A stretch of 56,056 nucleotides of DNA, filler included, from Sphacelaria rigidula (Eukaryota): assembly GCA_964200075.2 (NCBI GenBank). It is 6 parts of 6 records of this genome, joined end to end, with 100 filler letters (N's around TTAATTAATTAA, not from the genome) between each part and the next. Parts side by side here need not be neighbours in the genome. Positions count along the whole stretch, not along the records: positions 9,362 to 18,621 come from CAXNAA020008898.1; positions 18,722 to 27,981 come from CAXNAA020008899.1; 4 more parts are not named here. One strand, written 5' to 3'. The notes under the pieces were generated by a model. That model was not told where the DNA came from. It made no database searches and saw nothing but the letters and a program-made list of their open reading frames with translations. This document shows, in pieces, positions 11,401-24,672 of this stretch (positions are counted from its first letter, which is position 1; the number at the start of each line of letters is the position of its first letter). The translations under genes were made by a program, and so were the position numbers.

Positions 11401-14333
11401 AAACCAACATTCCTACCGATGTTCTGGAGAGTGGACTTGTTCGTGGAAAGATCTCAGCTACTGAGTTCGTTTGGAGTCTCAGCACCCAGGGGAAGCCGCG
11501 AGGAGGCGTCTCTCATATTCCCCCACCCTAATTGTACTGGCCTTCAGCATCTATGCCTACTCTATCCTATACTGCCCCGGACTACGAGATGGCAAAGTCG
11601 TTTATTCTCGCAATCTTTGGGGTGCCACCATGCGATGAAAGTTAGTCGCGAATTTCACGCGCTCCGGGGGCTTCTCTTTTCACGTAGCCAACAATACATT
11701 TTATGTCATGGTTCTATCCCCTACCTCTCCATGTGTATAGGTATACCTCCCGACATGCCTTCTTCTTTACGTTTGACAGGAAAACACATATTTCAAGTCC
11801 AAACCCATGTATTCATCTCTTTTCTTCATCCGTATTTCGTCTCTTTTCTTCATGTCTCGATCCAGTTCTACCGCTGTCTCGATAACCGTCTACATCGCGA
11901 ACATTTCAAGTGCTGCCTCGCTATTCATATCTCTCGAGCTCTGTCTATCTATCCAACTGCCTTTGTCGATATTTGCTACAACTGCCGCCTCTCAATGTGT
12001 GGCTGCGTCTACCATTACCGATATACTCATCCCTGTCGCTGGGCTTCATCGCTATCTCCATCTCTGCTTCTGTCCACCGCTATCATCATCGTCATGACAA
12101 TTGTCTTTCGTCTACATCACACGTATCCCCATGGTCAACCACAGCCATCTCCACATATATCAATAGCTACCTCTACCTCTACCTCTACCTGTACTTTATC
12201 TTTATTACTAGCTATCGCGAAAACCGGTAAGTACATCAAAAATGTCTACCGTACCCCTAAAAGGTCAAGCCGCCCGAGCGCCGGTCGCACCCCAGCGAGA
12301 CAGACAAACCCTACCGTCTCCGTTGGTTGTCATCCCCAGGTCACCGGGTATACCTTGGGCTTTCCACCGGAGGGAGCTTCGTCGCACTATCATTCTGGAG
12401 AGGCTATCTACTACCTACGCACCATCAAGAACGTCTGTACGATCAAGTATACCCCAGGTTTCCTGTCTACGAATCCATCTACCCGCCGCTTATCTCACCA
12501 CCTACACGCGTATTTTCTGTTGCATTAGTTCTCCAGTTTTGCCCGCCTGTTCGGAGAGCCCAACGCCATCTGCTAGCCCCTCACCGCATCCACTCCTGAA
12601 GCGAAAGAAAGGCGACACAATCACGGGAAAGTTTCTGGTGTTGCCAGATGGCTGCAGATCCATCATGTCAGTGTTTCGATATGAGTCGAGAGCAACAGAG
12701 GCCACACCGGCGAATTATCGACTCGTAAACTCAGCTGCTCCTTGAGGTTCGGAACGACGGGAAGTGGAGCGAAGGGAAGAGTGCAATCGATACTTAGGCT
12801 GGCAGTACTCTCTGTACCGTTCTTGTGCACACTAGTGGTGCTCTGTTCAACCACAAGCTTCCGTACCATGCACCTCACCCGTGTACCACAACCACAGGTG
12901 ACCAACTTGACGCACTCGTTACGAGTCGACGATGTGGCGTCTTCTTGCTTCGATTCTTGCATTCCACGTCACGATCAGGATCTAGACTACGGTACAATTT
13001 CGCGAGACACGGCGGGCCGAGGAGCATCGAACAAGACGTCAGCATGCCGTCGAACTGTGATACCTCGACACTCCGTACATTTCATTCGCTCGCCCACAAG
13101 GCATTGGTGACACGAGGATGGAACTGCGAATGCACTGTGTGTGCAGGGAACGCGATTCGTCGGGCCTCGCTTCCTCTTACAATACGTCTTCATGTCCTTC
13201 CTTGTTTTCACAGTTCGTTTTCCTTGCCAATGAAGCGGCTGTTGTGCGAGTAGAGTGATGTTCTGCCGTGCACTCTTACACACCTCGCGTGCAGAGTGAA
13301 CCGTTTCACCCCTACATCTCATGCAATATCGATACATTATCGGCGGACGATACTCGCGAGTTGTGCCAAATTGTTCCTCACGATGTGGACAGGTCACGAT
13401 ATCATGTCGATCAAGTTCGATGATCAGTTTGCGCCCGTGCTCGTATTAGCGCTGGTGCCCTAACGCGGGAAGTTAGCCTTGAGGGTTTTTACCCACCAGT
13501 ACTCCACGCCCCAATATTGGACAATTGAACACGCAGGACGTTCGAACTAGGATTTGCAGGGTTAAACCGTGGGTAGGTGACCAGGGTGGTCATCATGCAC
13601 CCCAGCTTTGCACGCAATGCTCAACTCAGGTGGTGGGTGTGTGCGGCGGGGGAAGTATCGGACCAAGTTATAGAGCTCCATAAAATACCCATGGTGTTCA
13701 TGTATAAAGAGGAGTGCCGAATTCGTTAATTGGCCGATTTTGAAAATACTGCTGTAACTCTGTCGGATGTCGTCGGCATCGACGAACTACACACGGTATC
13801 TTATTCTCAACACTGAGGGCTCCAACCGCTGCTCCGGGTGCATCGGCTGTACACTCCGTCATTCAGGCCAACTGCTGTACTGTGGAGAGTGGAAGACGGT
13901 CGAGGATCTCAATGAAGGTCACAGTCTACTTTGACACTAATGTGCTACCATTCTGTATACTTTTTCATATCCGCATTTGTTTTTCTGTTTAGTCTCAGCT
14001 TCGTATTTCTTACTTCGGTTTAGTTGCATTCCCTCACGTGTTTCCGTTGCTTACGCGGTTTGCTGCGACAGCCGGTACGTTCACATGCGTTCACTTGCGC
14101 TCCCTGCTGTCTTGTGCAGCAGGCTACTCGTTGTAACGGTCGTCATTTGTTTTGCAATTTCAGTTTTGGAATACAACGGAACGAGTGCCGCAAGCCCCTG
14201 ATCACGACAGCGGTCACCGTCCATCTTTTAGTACGAAATGTACGTCAATACCAGGCTACTGAAGGGGCCGAACTCTGAAAATAAGAAGAAACGCTTCCGC
14301 GACCCACATATGTAACGATATTCTGTACGCACG

Positions 14334-14660
14334 TCCCCGTCAGGCTGGGCAGGGAATCCAATTTCTTTGCAAGGAAAGCCCATCCAATCTGACGGGAAAT
14401 TCCCGTAAAACGTGTCGAGGATTTTTCCGTGAGGACGGGACAGCACGAGAGTGTGATTCCGTCATCCAAACACCAATGAGGCGGGGCAGGAACATTTTGC
14501 AGTCACCAGAGCGACGACGAGACAGGACGTAAACAATCATCGTCGCGTCAGAACGGGACGGGACCGTTTCCCCGCTGCCAAAACGACGGTAGGACAGGAC
14601 GGGAAGGGAGCACGTCCCCACTTCTGTCCCGTCCTGTCCTGTACTGTCCTGTCCCGTGCG
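14334..14660. repeat. Degenerate GGGAC/GTCCC motif-rich repeat (probable MITE remnant)
   Basis: Clusters of GACGGGA / GGACAGGAC and their complements CTGTCCCGTCCTGTCC. Confidence 0.5.
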
Positions 14661-17544
14661 AGATCCGGTGATATACCCCGTGATGAGCCCAGAGGGAAAC
14701 TACTGGCAAACATGAGTCGCAAAACATCAAGATTGCCGAGACCACGACATCACAACCAGATGTGGTCACATGAAGAACGAAAGAATAGACACTTGTCAAT
14801 AATGTGCAACAACATGCAGCAAAAAAGAACGCTTGACACTACTGGTTGCACGACACTCGGAGCCTCATTGTGCCCGTTGACGTGACACGATCTTTATCGC
14901 TGAGCCACATCCCAGCACCTATCGGTGCCCATCCGTGGCATCTGAATCTGTAGTAGGACGACATATTTAGCTCATGGCACGTGACGAATGGTACGAGGTA
15001 TCAACGGCAATTGCGGCACGATATCAGAGGGTCGTGGCATGGCCTCCCACTGTAATGAAAATATAATGTTGCGATACCGTGGAACGGGATGGTGTTACAA
15101 CGTGCAAATTCGTGCGGAAGTGCTGTTAACCCCTTTAAGTCCCTCCCAGGGTTCGTACTTAATGCATGTGTTGTTGGCATGGTCTATTGTCTCTTTTCGG
15201 GTGGTGTTTTGTCAATCAGCGATCAAGCGGCCAGCGACCCAAAACACAAGGGGTTTGTCTGTCGTACATGCAGGTGAAGCGTGCCCCGGGAGAAAGTTGC
15301 CCCGACACAATAACCAATTGACTCTGCCGAGGGAGGCTAGCGAGATATAGACGGAGTACTCAGACAATCTGGGTCCGTCCAGAGTCAAAATTTGGTCAGA
15401 AAACACTTCAAATTTCGATGTGTTCGCTCATCATTTGGGTCTTGGGTAAAAAAAACACTGTAAACCTCCCCGCCAAATGGGTCGCTCCTGAGTAGAAGTA
15501 CATCATCTCATTTACCCATAGCAACACGCAGCTGAGGGAACAAGTGAATCGAGCGTACACGACGACTGCAATACGCAGCAGTTGCAGGGGCTGCCACTCC
15601 TTCTCACCTGCCCTCCAGCCACGGCTGGCAGCAGCAAAATCGGGGTCACAAGCTGCTCGTAACTACTGCACACAAACTGGTGTGCATGTGACTTCGGCTG
15701 GCATACCCCTCGGCATCCGTACTGTGGTGTAGTCTGGTGTAGTGTGCCGTGATGTACCGCATCGTAACGTACTATTCTGTACTGTGCACTGTGCTGTCTG
15801 TACGTTTGTGTACGCTACTTCGGTCATCAACCCCCAAGACACGCCGTTGATGCCCTGACTTCGAGCTGGGCGACAAGTTTGTCAGCAACGGGGTTTGTTT
15901 GGTGAAGCTGGGCATGATTACTCTACCGTGCGGCGCCGTACGATGCTGTCCTGCGCTGCACTGATCACTGTTTTGCACTGCCGCAGTACTGACTCCGTCT
16001 GGTGAGGAACGCATGAAATGATTTCACTCTTTTGGGGCTTCTGATCTTGCATGGTTGAGTTCGATTGCTACTTGCGTCACTCTCTGCACCATGGACTATC
16101 TAGCAGAATGCGCTTCCGGTCGTTCACGAGGGTGGGGTCCAGGAGGGCTGAGTTCCACATACCGCGATAAACGTTTCGAGGGATACCCTTGCGTTTTTCG
16201 AAACCTCGGAGGAGCAGCGATCCTCCCGAGAGCTGGAATGAGATTATCGCCATGAAAGAAGCGCATTGCCACAAGAAAGAAAAGTTGGGTGCAGTACTCA
16301 CCGGTCCGCCAGGAAGCTTTTCGTTTTCAGTCAGTGGTGAAGCAGTTGTGTTGGCCGAGGATGAGATGCGATCTCCGCGCCCGCGGACGAAGACTTGAGT
16401 CTGGTACTCATTCGTTCGGCGAATATCATGCCGATGATACAGGTAGACATGCATGGGCTGTCAAAAGAGTCAAGGGGGATTTTCTGCGGGAAATTATCCA
16501 CGGTCGATGTTGCCTGCTTTGAGTGCCAACACCAATGTTCGGGTCTTGAGTGATGTCGACAGTCCCGAGCGCTTCGAGCATGCGAAGAACGTGTTCCTCA
16601 CTGCCGATCGATATCAGGTCTGCCAACGCACACTTTGCGTCGGGAAGTTTGCGGCCCTCTTACCGAAGGGTTCACCGTATGCCTTGGGTGGGGGTAACGG
16701 TCCAGCTTAGCATTATTTCAAGAAGGCTTCAAACCCGGAAAATTGGAGGCGAAGCGGGGTAAACCCACCTCATTTTTTGTGTGGGCAGTTGAGGAAAGCT
16801 AAAGCGGTAGAGAAAAAATGAAGTCGAACTACCGGGAACAATCGCATCATGCGCCGGTGGAAGGGCGAAAACAAAACACCCGCCGGACAGCAGCAGTGTT
16901 TTACTTCTACGGTCCCACGAACTCCGAGGAGCATGCGACGGCGTGATCCGAAGGGGTCAGTCAGGGCTAAGGTTCTTCCTTATCTTGCTCGGGAAGCCCA
17001 GCCTGGGCCCCCCTTACTTTGGGAAGTTTCGGCCTGGCTTCCTCATCCGCCCGTTTTACATTGGCTGGGTGTCCCGTACTGTACGGCACCCTGAAAACTC
17101 AGGAGCCGCAGGGCCTCCCGTATCAAACGCAATATCAGCTTCCGCCATTATTTTTAGATGCAAGTTTAACGGCACGATTGAAACGTCGACCATCGACGGT
17201 GTGCCGCGAGAGCCAAAGGAAGTACCGTGCCACGGAGTAACCCTCAACCTTCTTGATCCACAAGGGTAACGTCGAGCATTAGCGCTCTCTCTCCCCCAGC
17301 CACCGATTATTCGCGGACGTTTCTGTAGCGACCGCCGCGTTTTTGAACAATGCTTTCATTTGTAGTCACAGTTGTAGACCTCATTTGCGGGTGCTTGTTT
17401 TTATTGGCGCCTTGGAACTGACCACCTGTTCTAATGGCCAAGTGCATGTAAATGGATTATTTTTGGGCTCGAGTTTTCAAGTGTCAGGGTCTCAAGTGGT
17501 AGCGCCACCTGTACTACGAAAACGAAACCCTGCAAAGAGGTCGT

Positions 17545-17945
17545 CTAGTACCGATCTTCGCCGGAATGCGAGGCTCGGCGGATTGTACCACCTTGGTGAG
17601 ACTCGGTGCTGTACTCTCTGGGAAGACTCGAGCTCGTTTTTATGTCTGATCGTTTGCTGGCCAATTTTGACGTTTAGCCGGACGAACGAGCCCTTAAGCG
17701 ACCCCAAACACCATCATTTCACTGTGAGATGGTCGCTATGTATGTGCATTTCTGCGAGATACCTCGAAGCTTCTTGTGGGCTGTTTGGCAAACCGTTTAT
17801 CGTGCCAAACGTCAAAGTGGGCGCACGAAAAAGGTCGGAAAAGGCCGTGGAACTCTCTCGGAAAAGTGCAGCAAGACCTTCCGAGGTGGTACAATCCGCA
17901 AAGTCCCGTTCTGTTGCTATACAGTACTCCGGCGAAAATCAGTGT
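17545..17945. repeat. Diverged fold-back inverted repeat
   Basis: GCGGATTGTACCACCTTGG (~17578) vs CCGAGGTGGTACAATCCGC (17881); TTTGACGTTT vs AAACGTCAAA; centre near 17740. Confidence 0.65.
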
Positions 17946-18070
17946 TGCATCGCCAAACTAAAGATTGAACATGCGTTTTCCGGCGAGTTTTTCCCCCCAT
18001 ACCACCGCGACGGGACCGACTACTGGTGAAGTTCGCTTGAACTAAGCCTTAGACAGCAAGAGTAGGCCAT

Positions 18071-18535
18071 CTATTGAATCGGCATCAGTGCCACTTGAAA
18101 GCAGTATGCATGATCCAGATGGACTACCCTCGCGATCTCGACGGTTAAGAGCCGATCATCGAAACTGAGCAGCATTGAACTTCTCGTTGAGGGTGGTAAC
18201 CCGGATGAGGCGAATCGTCGTAGCCGCAACATATTCTCCGAAATGAGGTTGCGATCCTTATTCATCTACTGGTAGCCATTGACAGCTACAGCACTCCATA
18301 GATAGTTGGATCCCGACAAGCGAAGTTTTGGGGCTCGTATCAATAGGCGATAAAACATTTCTGGGGATTTAGGGGATAGATACGACCGCCGCATTTCGAA
18401 GAATGTTAGGCGGATAGGAGTATTTTGATTTTCCGGACCATCATCGTCGATGAAAAGCACTATACTCAATTTTGGTGATGGACTGTTCATGGTCATGCCA
18501 CGGCTTCGTGACCCGTTTTTGACGCGCATCATCAC
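18071..18535 (-). pseudogene. Possible Crypton/DUF3504-type tyrosine recombinase remnant
   Basis: Interrupted reading KNGSRSRG...TPIRL...YLSPKSPEMFY...W...RNLI, then by frameshift TIRLIRVTTL, loosely following the Crypton motif order; recognised by eye only. Confidence 0.3.
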
Positions 18536-18621
18536 CTATTATTATTATTATTTTATTATTATTATTATCATCAATATTATTAATGACGAAAATGATCCCC
18601 CGCTCCAATACTGGGATCAAG

Positions 18622-18721
18622 NNNNNNNNNNNNNNNNNNNNNNNNNNNNNNNNNNNNNNNNNNNNTTAATTAATTAANNNNNNNNNNNNNNNNNNNNNNN
18701 NNNNNNNNNNNNNNNNNNNNN
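18622..18721. other. Artificial contig linker
   Basis: Same N/TTAATTAATTAA/N structure. Confidence 0.97.
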
Positions 18722-21292
18722 GAATGCCGAGGAAATCCTGTTGCAACAAAGAAAAAAAAAAAAAACGTATAACTTTCGATCTCATGGGCGTGAATTAGGC
18801 AGCCTCTCCCACGCATTTTTCCCGACAGCCAATCCGCGTGCATCAGTCGGAACACGTCATTGTCTGGAACATGAATCCACGCCCGATGCTCCCCGCCCAC
18901 CCATCATTCCATGCATCGCAAAAAATATGGTGTGCATTCGCCTCTTTTTCCTATCTAAGCATCACAACCTGCGAGAGGACACACACACACTTAAGACTTC
19001 TTGCTTGTGATGTCAGGCAACATGAGGGGGAAGGGGGGAGGGTGTACTCATTTGTTGATTGCCTCAGTCGTTCGACCATATACCACGCATCCCTTTTGAA
19101 ACGGACCACCATTCCTACTCCGAATAGAGACCCCTTCAACATTGGCGGGGGGGGAGGTCAAACGAGCAGCTGCAAAGAATGCTGCCCAATTACACTCACA
19201 GCCACTCACTTCACATCCACGAACCATGTCATAATATCGGGTGCGAATGAGCAAGAAACGTGGCCTACTGATAACCATGTCCTGAGCTGCATCGAGCCAC
19301 TCCCCCCCAAATACACTTGACTTTCACCATCTGAAGCGTGGAAATTATATCCGGATCTTCCTACAGATGTTTACTTGGATATTACAACACCCGGAGTTGG
19401 GCAGTCTTGGGACACGGTCAGCGTTAGCCTAACGCAGCTGGGTCCGCCTATATCAAGACCCAGATTTGTTTCCTCACGCCGTGGTTACTTGAGCGCCCCC
19501 ACAAAAACATCCACAGCGAAGTACTGCCCCGACCCCCCCAGGGACCTAGCTAGTGCCGTGCTCACAAATTGAGGCCTCCCTCCAAAGCGAGAAATAGCTA
19601 AAACTGCGCATGACTAAACCGGCGCAACTCTTACTTTGTGTGAACAACAGAGGGCGACGTATAAGCGTGCAACACTTTCCCGAAATCTGTATATAGATTA
19701 AAGCAAGGTGTACCGCATCAGTACTCGCCTGCAACCAACCTCATCGACCCCAACCAATCAATAAGCGCTTCCCCTCCTCGAGAACATGTCGAAAGAAAAA
19801 AACGGAATGAATAATGGATATACATATTAGAAAAGAAAGAAAAAAATCACATCAAAAACGACCTTAAATGCACAAGATCTAGCGCCTCTCATCCGCGTTT
19901 ACTTTCCAATAAGCTGTGCTTACATTGCAATAGTGACCATGCCATAAAACGCGATACATGTACACATGCATAATATGAAAATATCTTGAAAAAATAACCC
20001 CTTACCCGAAACCTCCGAACAGTAACGGCGCGTGGAATGTACCAGAGGATGCGGCACCAGTGTTTGATGTGCCAGAAAAAAGACGAAACAAACAAACAAA
20101 TAAACAAAACGCGATATATATATATTTTTTAACGGAAGGAAGACTTTCGACCGAGTACGCATCGCGTTGCCCTGCAGCACAGAAGGAGGCCGGCTTATGC
20201 CGCGATTCTGGCGACAAATCCAGCCATAAAATGACCAATCGAGAAAAAGCTATTTTGCGCTGTGCTCGCCCTATCTGCTGTCGTGGGCAACGTCATCTAC
20301 GACCCTCCGTGAAATCTTTGTAAGACTCAGAACGGTGAGAAATGGCCACCACGTGAAAAACAATAAATATGATCCAAAGAACATTATGCGCGGGAGGGGA
20401 GGGCACAAACATATAGTCGAAGCGCCACCCAAGACACTCCTTAAAGTGCCACGTGCCGTATCGGCGCGTAGCTCTCCAACCTAAAGAAAAAGGAAGAAAA
20501 AACGTTCACGCAAAACCCTTAAAATTGACAATAATTACCATCATAAACTCCCATACTCCCAGTCTCGTCGTAAAGCGTCCGGCATCATAGTGGGCTGCGC
20601 ATGCTGTCGTGCCTATACAGAAAAAGAAGGCGCTGACGCGCCTGGTATTACACGAAGTATTCGCCGTGTGATCGACGGAAATTGCAAAAACATGAACGCA
20701 GGAAATTCACAAAACCAATATAACCAAAGACCGAGATACCGCCTATCCGCTCGGCAGAACGAGAGCAACTTAACCCACCCCCACCCCTCCCTCCTTCCCC
20801 GCCGCCCTCTTTACTCTATGCAGTATCGCTGGCGGTAATACAGCACAGATCTCCCCATCCCCGTCCACTCTTCAAACGCTACCGTACAACATGCGCTTTT
20901 GCTTTGTCCTTTCCCCGACCCAGGGGAAACCCTCACGTGGGACATGACTGAAAGCAAAACGTCTAGGACGTCGATACTTTCCACAACTGCGGCCCCGGTC
21001 GCTCCCACACCTCACTATTATCGCTTACGCCCTTCTTTTACACATGGAGGCAGACGTGATGTCATGGGGCTCGCATGGATTGTAATGAGAACACAAAAAC
21101 ATTCGAAGAACGATTCCCCGCCCCGGCTATCCCCTCATCTCCCATCCCGAACGCGTTCGGATACAGTCCACACGGATCTAGGCGAACATTTCGGTACGTC
21201 ATGATCACAAGCGGGAAAAGACACACAGAGATACAAACGCACAAAACACACGCACGCATGCAACAGTCAACCTCCAAATGTTGACGCAAAAG

Positions 21293-21323
21293 CCCCCCCC
21301 CCCCCCACCCCCCCCCCCCCCCC

Positions 21324-21362
<39 letters not shown>

Positions 21363-21400
21363 AGCCCTCCCCCCCCCCTCCCCCCCACCCTCTCCCCCCC
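21293..21400. repeat. Poly-C tract (~108 nt)
   Basis: Near-homopolymer just downstream of the kinase-like stop codon. Confidence 0.9.
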
Positions 21401-21571
21401 TTCCACGCGCAGCTCGCCTTCATCTCATGCGAAATATCCTCGTACGTACCAGACTCACGACAACACATCAAGTCCACGCTTTTCGCCTCTAACCACACGA
21501 AAAACCAATGGGGTCCTCGCCCTGCAGCCTTGAGCGCGGGCTATACGCTCACCGCGCAATCAACGACAAAA

Positions 21572-24500
21572 TCAGGACTCTTCAGCATTCACGCCGTCCA
21601 CCTCACCACGTCTCTTACCAAACCTTATCACAGACGTCGCCATCCCCCTGAAGGCGCTTCGGGCCCGTCGCGGGGTACCCTGCACCCTCGCCGCCAATCC
21701 TCTGCGCTGACCACGAGACGGCGTATCCGGGGAACCCTTACCGGTAGGCTTGGTCCCGTCTACGGCCTCCATCGGTTGCGGTGTGGACAGCTGCATTGCT
21801 TGGCTCGCTGCCGCCGCCGTCGTCCCATTCTCATACCGCGATGACTGCGGGGTCGTGACGAGGGCGGATTCTACTGACATGCGCGAGACGCTGCTACCGG
21901 TCGACAAGGAGGGAAGAGCGGTCATATTTTTGCGCAGCGCTCTCTGTTGCTTCGTGGGGGGTCTCAGGAGGCGTATTTTGCTAGACGATTCCGATGTTAC
22001 TCTGTCGACACTTTTAGTGCCCGTCTTCGGTGTCGCCCTCATCGACATCATCGCCGCCGCGATAACGCCACCCATTTTCGTGGATATATTCACTGCTTCG
22101 TCCTCTGCCGCATCCGCCGCTGCTGCCTCCGGCGTGTCACTCGCGCCGGCGGCTGCGCGGGTTGCAGGGAATGGCGAGCTCGAACCAGTCCACCTGCCGC
22201 TGTCTCCCGGAGAGTGACCTCCGTCATCTTCGCTTTCAGAGTCGCCGGAGCGAGCCGCTAGCGGCGCCAGGCTCGAGTGTCCGTACGATACTACTCGCAT
22301 CCTCCCCGGCACGTCGTCCCCAGCCCCCGCGTCGGGCGTTGCCGCTGCTGTCGGGGCTGTCGGAGCAACGGGCGGTGCCTCACAGTCTCGAGCTTCCTCG
22401 ATCTTGGGGTTGTATTGTGGTTGCGGTTGGGGTTGGGGTTCCGGCTCACCAGCTTGCTGGGCGAACTTTGACTCGCTCACCAGCGGGGAAATAGGAACAG
22501 TACCAATCGGCTTGGGTGTTTCGTCCATGACCGCCGAAGTTCTCCCATTGGCGGTCAGTTCACCCGCATCGCTGTCAGGCGCAGCGGGAGCGTTCGCCAC
22601 CACATCAACGTTCTCGTTCTCGTCTGCATTGGCGTTCACTTCCGCCTGGCCGTCAGCCATCCTCACGCCGCGGCTGTCAACCCCGCCGCCGTCGACAACG
22701 GCGGCCGATCGATCCCGTTCACCCTCCGGCGCTACCTCAGACTGCGACAAACCAGCTCGCTCGACACACAGCGCATCAGCACTATCTTTCACTCCCTCAG
22801 GAACTACAAGCGTCCCCCCGCCGCCTCCGCCGGCAGGCGTCGCAGAACCACCCGCCGCACCATCGGAACGCGGACACCCAGCCTCATCACCTTCAACCCC
22901 TCGCGCTACGGAGTCCGTGGCGGCCAGTGCCTGCTGCGGAGATCGAAGCGCGGAGCCATCATCGTCCCCCGCATCGGTCAGCTTCCGCCCAACCGCCTTT
23001 GCATTTAACACCTGCCTGCCAGCCTCGACTGGAAGAGCGGCCGCGCCACCTTCCTTACCGCCTGCAACGCTCGAGTAGGAAGATTGCCCAGCTTGTTCCA
23101 TAGACGGAAGGACTCTCGGTAAGGGCCGCTCGAGCTTCGCCGCGGTCAGTTCTGGCACACGGAGCTTGCGCACCACGTCTTGCATTGCGGGTCGGTCGGC
23201 CGGGTCGTGCGCCCACAGCGCCGCCAGAAGGTCGGGGAATCGCTCCAATCCGTCGAGCGCGGCGGCGCCGGCCGCCTCGGAGGCAAGTTCTGGCCGTGCA
23301 TGCGATAGTACCCGCTGTACCATTTCGTCTTTGGTCAGTCCAGCCCACGGTTGCTGCCCGGTTACAACCTGTCAGGAACATCCCCCCAAGCATATAAAAA
23401 AATGCCACAGGACAAGGGGAAAGAAGTCAAGTTAGACACAAGCCCAACAGATAACCAAGCGTCACCCAACCATTCGCATGCATGCGTAGTAGGATCTTCT
23501 CCAAGTCTCGGGGGTGCATACACCAATGTTGAAGATCGTGTATCGAAATATCGAGTATCGATCGGGATGTTCGACAATTCTTAGAAACGGAATCGCGAGC
23601 TGGTGAGTCGATACTTTCGATACGCAAACTGTCTCTCTCGGGGGCCCAGCCTGCTAAAAAGGGGAGGGGGTAGTGCGTTTACATCATCGTTCCCCCCTTG
23701 TCTTGCGAAAATGAACCTTCAAAAAACAGCACAAAAGGCCCGGAAATCCAGAAAACGGGTCGTTTCGCCATTTCCAGAGTATCGGAAAACATATCGATAT
23801 CGACGTTTTTTCGTCGATATTCAAAAAAATCGGATCGAACTTTACATTCCGTTCGATTTTCAACACTGGTTATACGCCCGGTTGAATAGCAAAAACTCAA
23901 ACCGATGAGCACACGTCGTCGCCGTGTCGCCGTCATGGAAGGCCAACATTTGATGTCGACGCGACGTCACCCCCAACCGCTGCGCAACCGAGCGGAGCAG
24001 AACATTCAACAGCGCCAGCTTTTCCTCTTTGGTTTTGTCATGCTTCCGACCCCTCCTCTTCCTCGCGACACAAGACGATACCGTACCGAGGAAGAGATGA
24101 GCTGTGACATCTTTGAGGCTACGACATCACAGCCCATCTCTTCCCCGATACGGTACCCGCCTAATATTTTCGGTATCACGTATTGGATTGGATTGAATTG
24201 GATTGGATTGGATTGGACTGGATCAACACTCACTTACCACATCGACTGTCATCAAACAAACTTTCTACTCACATCTCCACGTTTGCAACGATAGAAATCA
24301 GATACTCGTACATACTCATCAGAAGACAAGAACAAAAAAATCTGCCTGAAACTAAACCCTAAATCTTCCGCCCGAACAGATTTTAGTAGCGTCAGTTACA
24401 CCACTGCGGCGCAGCGTGGTGCAGCTGTAACGCACCTCCCACGCAATCATCCCGAACGCGTACGTATCCGTCGCTCCAAGCTTTCTCGGGACCGCCCCTC

Positions 24501-24672
24501 TCTCCTCCTCGGGATCCGACGGTCGCAACACTTCCGGCGGCATGAAGGCGGTTGGACACATGGAGGCGGCCAAGTTGCCCTGTTCATAACTGTCGGCCGC
24601 AGCCTCCGCATCTCCAGCGGTCATCAAAGCGGCAAGAGCCCTTCGAGTTCTGGTGAGCCCATACAGCGAGAG
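21572..24672 (-). CDS. Protein kinase-like (TKL-like, probable pseudokinase), 3' part; exons 24436-24672 and 21572-23368 (stop)
   Basis: Exon 1 LSLYGLTR...MCPTAFMPPEVL...ATDTYAFGMIAWE covers subdomains VII-IX and splices in phase 0 (gtgcgt...gacag) to VVTGQQPWAGLTKDEMVQRVL...LWAHDPADRPAMQDVVRKL (X-XI), followed by a ~500-aa low-complexity tail. Upstream exons not identified. Confidence 0.85.
23524..23868. mobile_element. MITE-like element with CA(G/A)TGTTGAA TIR and internal TATCGA motifs (kinase intron)
   Basis: CAATGTTGAAGATCG ... CGATTTTCAACACTG; many ATCGA/TCGAT motifs inside. Confidence 0.6.
24183..24224. repeat. (TTGGA)n pentanucleotide repeat
   Basis: Seen directly. Confidence 0.9.

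Noticed and set aside
11146-12528. 460-aa ORF
   Set aside because: Starts inside an inverted repeat, runs through pyrimidine-rich low-complexity sequence depleted of stops, and has no recognisable domain.
16230-16720. Decayed coding-like sequence
   Set aside because: Protein-like fragments on both strands, but no motif I can identify.
21278-23078. Plus-strand ORFs (poly-Pro 188 aa, 155 aa, 224 aa)
   Set aside because: Antisense shadows of the GC-rich kinase exon and the poly-C tract.
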